DNA from: a virus
Lineage: Duplodnaviria; Heunggongvirae; Uroviricota; Caudoviricetes
Reading direction: 5' to 3' (one strand)
Virus record (IMG/VR): IMGVR_UViG_3300035212_002004
Location: 1-40,099 of that record
Length of the DNA: 40,099 nucleotides
Part shown: piece by piece, positions 35,862 to 40,099 of the stretch
Numbering within the stretch: the first letter of the stretch is position 1
Layout: each line of letters starts with the position of its first letter
Notes under the pieces: generated by a model
Database searches by the model: none
Seen by the model: only the letters and a program-made list of their open reading frames with translations
What the model was told of the DNA's origin: nothing
Translations under genes and position numbers: made by a program

Positions 35862-35903
35862 AATAAATTATTTGGCGATAATAAATATTATAAAAGCATA
35901 GAA

Positions 35904-35923
35904 GGGCGCAATAAGTTGCGCCC
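35904..35923 (-). terminator. hairpin after RNA ligase gene
   Basis: GGGCGCAA-CTTA-TTGCGCCC perfect 8-bp stem followed by TTCTATGCTTTT. Confidence 0.6.
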
Positions 35924-35931
35924 ATTTATGA

Positions 35932-37074
35932 CTAATGACTATCCCCTATGTCGTGTTTCTCACCATAAATAAGATAATCGCTATTGATTACCTTTGCTAC
36001 TTTTTTTCTATCACCTGAACTGTGTTTGATTACAATTCCTTCATGTGGTACTTTTGTTCCTTCAATGAAGTTGTTAAATACAAACTTATCCTGTACTTCT
36101 TGATTCCAAAGTCCAAAATAAAGTACTTCAATATAAGGTAAGTCTAGTGAATGAAATGCACCGTAAGTACCAGCTGGTGAATTATAGTCACCTTTCATAG
36201 TTGTATCAAATCCTATAAATTTAATATCATCCAATCCATAGTCATAGTTCTTTTGAATACCTGCTCCATAAATTTCTCCATAGATTACTATACCACTTCC
36301 AATGTCTACAATATTAGCTGTATCTTTAACATATTTCCAAAGCTTAGCTTTAATATCATACTTCTCAGCAATTGTTTTCCAAACATCTTCAGAATAAAAT
36401 CCTTGAGAGTCACTTCCTTTCTCACAGTTATGTGAACCGTAAATGTATTCGTAGTTAATCCACTTATCAGCTAATCTAAAGAATTTTTTTACTTTATCCC
36501 AGAATGACAATTTAGTCTTTTTTACAATACCATATCTAGCATTTGTACCATGAATTTTACGAGAAATCTCTACTGTATCTTCTTCTGTAAACATTCCACC
36601 TACGTTTTTAAGGTTAGGGAATTTATAGTAGATATGGAAGTTCTGATTGTCTCTCCATTTAATTTTTCTACCTGAAGCAAGTTGAATTTGTTTAACTGGT
36701 GGTTCGTATTTGGTAATACCTAACAACCCCATACAGTCAGTTCCTTCTTTTATATCCCAGTCACCCATTGTGACTTTACCCTTAAGGTAAGTCATTGGAA
36801 TGATTAAACATTCAGAATAAACTCCTCTTAACTTTACAGTTCTTACTCTGGTACCTTTTCTTAGGTAGTTTGCAACTCCCATCTTTTCAGATAGTTTCTC
36901 AGGAATTACTGCATCAGTAGTTGCAATGACAGTTAAGTCACCTTCTTTGAATTCACCTTTTTTAGTGATTGCATTCCATCCACCTGCAATTACTAATTCG
37001 ATGTTATCAGCTCCTTCGATTGCTCTTACTTCATTTATTTTTGCTACAAAACAGCAGCTGTTGTTATTTTCCAT
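35932..37074 (-). CDS. ATP-dependent RNA ligase, DRB0094/Rnl5 type with N-terminal OB fold
   Basis: IEGADNIEL, VKLRGVYSECL, GITKYEPP; motif I KIHGTN, GEIYG.GIQKN, FD, HEGIVI, AKVIN..Y. Confidence 0.9.
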   Translation of the reverse strand: MENNNSCCFVAKINEVRAIEGADNIELVIAGGWNAITKKGEFKEGDLTVIATTDAVIPEKLSEKMGVANYLRKGTRVRTVKLRGVYSECLIIPMTYLKGKVTMGDWDIKEGTDCMGLLGITKYEPPVKQIQLASGRKIKWRDNQNFHIYYKFPNLKNVGGMFTEEDTVEISRKIHGTNARYGIVKKTKLSFWDKVKKFFRLADKWINYEYIYGSHNCEKGSDSQGFYSEDVWKTIAEKYDIKAKLWKYVKDTANIVDIGSGIVIYGEIYGAGIQKNYDYGLDDIKFIGFDTTMKGDYNSPAGTYGAFHSLDLPYIEVLYFGLWNQEVQDKFVFNNFIEGTKVPHEGIVIKHSSGDRKKVAKVINSDYLIYGEKHDIGDSH

Positions 37075-37381
37075 TTTCAAATTCTTCTTTTAGTTTTAAA
37101 TAACTTTCATATTTCCTTTGCTTCATTTCTTCAGCACTTTTATTATTTCTTGCAATTCTTCTATTAAACTCTTCATCGGTCTCCTCAACTATTCTGGTAA
37201 TCTGATTATGCCAGTACCCATGATAGTCAAAATTGTCATCATCAACCCATCCTGAGTAGATTACATCCTCGTCTTCTAATTGTAAATTTTTAATGTCTGA
37301 CCATTTCATTGGAGCATTGTTATATCCATGGAATATTTGTTTTTCTAGTTCAATTTTCTTTGGTGATTTATTATTTTCCAT
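37064..37381 (-). CDS. hypothetical protein
   Basis: 105 aa, ETDEEF..R..., YLKLKEEFE. Confidence 0.65.
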   Translation of the reverse strand: MENNKSPKKIELEKQIFHGYNNAPMKWSDIKNLQLEDEDVIYSGWVDDDNFDYHGYWHNQITRIVEETDEEFNRRIARNNKSAEEMKQRKYESYLKLKEEFENGK

Positions 37382-37625
37382 CTTTATGTTCTTGTATTAC
37401 TTTTATTACTATTTCTTTTTTCTCATCATTGAAAACATCTTCGAGTTTAATTTCTTTTTCTGCAAAATACATAAACTCTAGACATTTATAAACACTCATT
37501 CCACTTTTACAACAATCTCTGATATATCCTTCGTATTTAGTAAAATCCTCATCAGTGTACTTGTAATTGTCTTCTGTACGTCTGTCTTTTAGTCTTTGTA
37601 AGTAATCTTCAAATGCTTCTTTCAT
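37371..37625 (-). CDS. hypothetical protein
   Basis: 84 aa in operon. Confidence 0.6.
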   Translation of the reverse strand: MKEAFEDYLQRLKDRRTEDNYKYTDEDFTKYEGYIRDCCKSGMSVYKCLEFMYFAEKEIKLEDVFNDEKKEIVIKVIQEHKDGK

Positions 37626-37632
37626 AACTTTA

Positions 37633-37938
37633 TTAATATAAATCTTCTGAGTATAGTTCTATTGAATTGTAATTTAGTTTTCCTCCATTTTTGACCCAAA
37701 TCTTAGCACCTTCTTCTCTATCAACAAATCTATTCTTATTTGTTATAAATCCCTGTATATGTTCCCCATGTTCATGTAATCTCTTTCCTGTAAGTGATAC
37801 TATAGAAGAAATACAATGACCATGTCTAAACCCACTGATAACAACTCCTCCAGGTGTGTTGATAGGTCTGTGAGTTGCTCTTTCTGCTTCTATTAGCCAT
37901 ATTGCAGCACATAGTATTTGTTCTTCGTTTTGTTTCAT
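37633..37938 (-). CDS. hypothetical protein
   Basis: ILCAAI, G.RHGHC, QGFITNKNRFVDREE, LYSEDLY. Confidence 0.7.
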   Translation of the reverse strand: MKQNEEQILCAAIWLIEAERATHRPINTPGGVVISGFRHGHCISSIVSLTGKRLHEHGEHIQGFITNKNRFVDREEGAKIWVKNGGKLNYNSIELYSEDLY

Positions 37939-37940
37939 AA

Positions 37941-38243
37941 CTAAATAGTTTTAGCAAATTTCCAATAATCGATTGACCTGAATTCTTCCTCAGTATCGGC
38001 ATCGGTTTTTATATTATTTGATGTTACATAGGTTCCGTTTGTTACCGCAATTACATTTCTTTTTTTCCAATTTTTTCCATCCATACTAACCATCATTGGT
38101 ATATTAACTAATTCTGGAATTGTTTCTTTTTTAGGTTTACCAATTACCATATTGATAGTACCTTTTGGTATTCCTCCTAAATACTCTTTTGGTACTTTAA
38201 ATGCATTCAACATATACTCCTTAGCTTCTTCAGATGCTATCAT
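37941..38243 (-). CDS. hypothetical protein
   Basis: 100 aa, first gene after promoter 38267-38298. Confidence 0.65.
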   Translation of the reverse strand: MIASEEAKEYMLNAFKVPKEYLGGIPKGTINMVIGKPKKETIPELVNIPMMVSMDGKNWKKRNVIAVTNGTYVTSNNIKTDADTEEEFRSIDYWKFAKTI

Positions 38244-38266
38244 AACCTTTGTTTTAAATTTATACC

Positions 38267-38298
38267 TAAATATACGAAATTTATTTCGATTCTACAAG
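38267..38298 (-). promoter_or_regulatory. promoter (CTTG-N20-TATATTTA)
   Basis: minus strand CTTG-tagaatcgaaataaatttcg-TATATTTA. Confidence 0.75.
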
Positions 38299-38675
38299 CA
38301 AATTTCAAATCTATTTTTCATTTTATCTAAAGTTTCTTGTGGCACACCGTGTTCATTTATTCCGCCATGCCTGTTCTCCACTATTAGTGAAAATACTTTA
38401 TAACCGTATTTTTCAGCTAATTGGTAATAAGGCTCTAATTCTTTTTCCTGAGTAAATGTGTTTGATACTACTACCTTTTCCGTACTATTTACCATCCAAA
38501 CTTTTACTGCATTCTGACACCAAGCATGAGCTTCCTTTAATTTAGTAGGGTCAAATTTATATTCACCCATATCCATAAAATACTTATCAGCCTCCATATG
38601 TGATCCACCTAATGACTTTGCTAATGTTGTTTTACCTGATCCAGGAACTCCACGAAGGAGAAATAACTCTTTCAT
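38292..38675 (-). CDS. P-loop polynucleotide kinase-like protein (AAA_33)
   Basis: LLRGVPGSGKTT, EAD.YF, AH.WC, VVSNTF, N.HGVP; start MKELFL at 38675. Confidence 0.85.
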   Translation of the reverse strand: MKELFLLRGVPGSGKTTLAKSLGGSHMEADKYFMDMGEYKFDPTKLKEAHAWCQNAVKVWMVNSTEKVVVSNTFTQEKELEPYYQLAEKYGYKVFSLIVENRHGGINEHGVPQETLDKMKNRFEICL

Positions 38676-38676
38676 A

Positions 38677-38988
38677 TTATTTATTTTTAAATTGTTCAAT
38701 TACAGTATTTTCGTGTTCTCTAAATTCAGTAGCTCTATATCTCATCAAAGTAATTGTTTCTTGAATAGCTTTTCTCATATCTTCTTCACTATACATTCTT
38801 TCTTTTTCTTTTACTTCATCTGATTTAAGTTCATCTTCAAAAGCATAATGCATTTCACCTTCTCCATCAACAACCTCAATAATTTTATGTTCTGTGTATA
38901 GAGGATGTTCTCCTTTTTCATAAACTTTACCTGTTAGTGTTACTGCAATAGGTTGCATCATTGCATAGGGTCTGAATTGATATTTCAT
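38677..38988 (-). CDS. hypothetical protein with degenerate YSEE / EQFKNK end module
   Basis: C-terminal KERMYSEEDM...IEQFKNK resembles the blocks at 31900-32461. Confidence 0.65.
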   Translation of the reverse strand: MKYQFRPYAMMQPIAVTLTGKVYEKGEHPLYTEHKIIEVVDGEGEMHYAFEDELKSDEVKEKERMYSEEDMRKAIQETITLMRYRATEFREHENTVIEQFKNK

Positions 38989-38989
38989 A

Positions 38990-39640
38990 TTAAATTCTCT
39001 TTTCGTGATGATCCTTTGGTAAGGCTAATTTTTTAATTGGTTGATCTTTCATTATCATAAGGATCTGTCCTAGTGATAAAGGCTCTAAACCATTTCCATC
39101 TACTCCAACATCCATTGCTTTACCCTCTGCTATTCGTAGGTGTGAAGGTAAATGAACGTGACCATGCAAGTGAATTACTCCTTGGTTCATATCATGCCAT
39201 GATGCGATTGGATAGTGCATACAAATGAAAATATGCTTATCTGTTAACGACTTATTAATTGGCTTTACAACTTCCAATCTCAAGTAGTTTTGTACTGAAG
39301 AGAATAGTTTTTGTACCCCTTCCCTATCTCTTTCGATGTGGTGATCGTGATTACCAAGTACCAAGTGAATGTTTTTACAAAGTATTCTACTTCTGAATTC
39401 TTGTATTCTGTCAAATCCTCCAAATGACCAGTCTCCTAAGTGGATTAAGATATCATCCTCACCAACCATGTTGTTGATGTTGTTGACTAAGGCACTGTTC
39501 ATATGATCAAGTGACTTAAATTCTCTTGTCAAGTTTGAAGCACCTACCCACTTAGTGGTTGCACTGCAGATTGAAGAATGGCAATAGTGAGTATCACTTG
39601 TAAAAAATAATCTTTGTCCTTTTTCTAATACAATTTTCAT
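38990..39640 (-). CDS. calcineurin-like metallophosphoesterase
   Basis: FTSDTHY.H, HLGD, LGNHD, MHYP, HLHGHVH, DVGVD; start MKIVLE at 39640 downstream of promoter. Confidence 0.9.
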   Translation of the reverse strand: MKIVLEKGQRLFFTSDTHYCHSSICSATTKWVGASNLTREFKSLDHMNSALVNNINNMVGEDDILIHLGDWSFGGFDRIQEFRSRILCKNIHLVLGNHDHHIERDREGVQKLFSSVQNYLRLEVVKPINKSLTDKHIFICMHYPIASWHDMNQGVIHLHGHVHLPSHLRIAEGKAMDVGVDGNGLEPLSLGQILMIMKDQPIKKLALPKDHHEKRI

Positions 39641-39658
39641 AACTAATTTATTAATAAT

Positions 39659-39690
39659 TAAATATACGAAATATTTTTTATAAATCCAAA
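39659..39690 (-). promoter_or_regulatory. promoter (TTTG-N20-TATATTTA)
   Basis: minus strand TTTG-gatttataaaaaatatttcg-TATATTTA. Confidence 0.75.
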
Positions 39691-40097
39691 TATTTACTAA
39701 TAATTTTTTCAATATTATTCATCTCAGTATAAGGTATTCTAAGTAGTTGAATATTGTTATTATTACAATATTCATTTTTTATACTATCCTTTAACTGTTG
39801 ATATTCAAAATTATAATCTGATCTTCCGTGTAGCCATTTTATAGGTTCGTAGTGTTGCATTCCGTCAAACTCTATTATTAAATTATATTTGGGTAAATAA
39901 AAATCAAATAATAGTTTGTTCTTGTACTTACAATCCTTGTAAGAATGTTGAGGTATGAATTCTATTTTGTTTGATTCTAAGAAAACTCTTATTTTTGTCT
40001 CCCCTTTTGACTCTTTGCAGCTAGGACATCCCTGTTTACTATCCTTGTGAGCATTTGGAATTTGAAAGAAAGATCCATGTTTTTTACATACTATTTC
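39678..40097 (-). CDS. Vsr/DUF559-like endonuclease with Zn-finger repeat, 3' part only
   Basis: frame open to window end: CKKHGSFFQIPNAH...GCPSC.ESKGE...FDFYLPKYNLIIEFDGMQHY...K..YC....LLRIPY. Confidence 0.8.
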   Translation of the reverse strand, partial: EIVCKKHGSFFQIPNAHKDSKQGCPSCKESKGETKIRVFLESNKIEFIPQHSYKDCKYKNKLLFDFYLPKYNLIIEFDGMQHYEPIKWLHGRSDYNFEYQQLKDSIKNEYCNNNNIQLLRIPYTEMNNIEKIISKYLDL

Positions 40098-40099
40098 AA

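Noticed and set aside
61-38403. Plus-strand ORFs in the six-frame track (61-363, 15853-16182, 24393-24770 and others)
   Set aside because: All lie antisense to well-supported minus-strand genes and have no recognisable motifs; shadow ORFs.
25968-39712. Longest-ORF starts at 26001, 27513, 31524, 31934, 37080, 38699 and 39712 (also 7395 and 18685)
   Set aside because: They overlap upstream genes or promoters; downstream ATGs fit domain boundaries and stop/start coupling better.
1-40099. Stop-codon reassignment as seen in some Bacteroidota phages
   Set aside because: Genes are intact and densely packed under the standard code, and TAG and TGA end genes at sensible positions (for example 6285, 11591, 35932, 31491).

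Overview
AT-rich segment of a large, T4-like lytic phage genome. Essentially every real gene lies on the minus strand. The host is probably Bacteroidota, inferred from 11 copies of a (T/C/G)TTG-N20-TATATTTA promoter and A-rich, Shine-Dalgarno-poor leaders. In the direction of transcription (high to low coordinates) the window holds: (i) a region of small accessory ORFs with a dispersed RNA end-healing and sealing set (DRB0094/Rnl5-type RNA ligase, P-loop kinase, two metallophosphoesterases, HAD phosphatase, cyclic-phosphate-processing receiver domain) and a GH73 glucosaminidase; (ii) thyX, then queD, queE, folE, a purine phosphoribosyltransferase and a MazG-like pyrophosphatase; (iii) a replication block with a family B DNA polymerase split into two genes around an unrelated 87-aa ORF, sliding clamp, groES, groEL, two clamp-loader subunits, a DUF1599-like protein and a Cas4-like nuclease; (iv) a glycosylation block (two GT4, two GT2, rmlD, glf, DUF3431-like, DUF1796-like). 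Five free-standing homing-type endonucleases are interspersed. The most unusual signals are a kissing-loop RNA structure with a loop-E motif in front of an HNH gene, the deazaguanine/PRTase/MazG/split-PolB neighbourhood with no queC or dpdA in the window, and ORFs built from near-identical DNA blocks alternating with unrelated in-frame variable segments. No tRNA, rRNA or CRISPR array was recognised. All family calls come from motif recognition by eye, not database searches.
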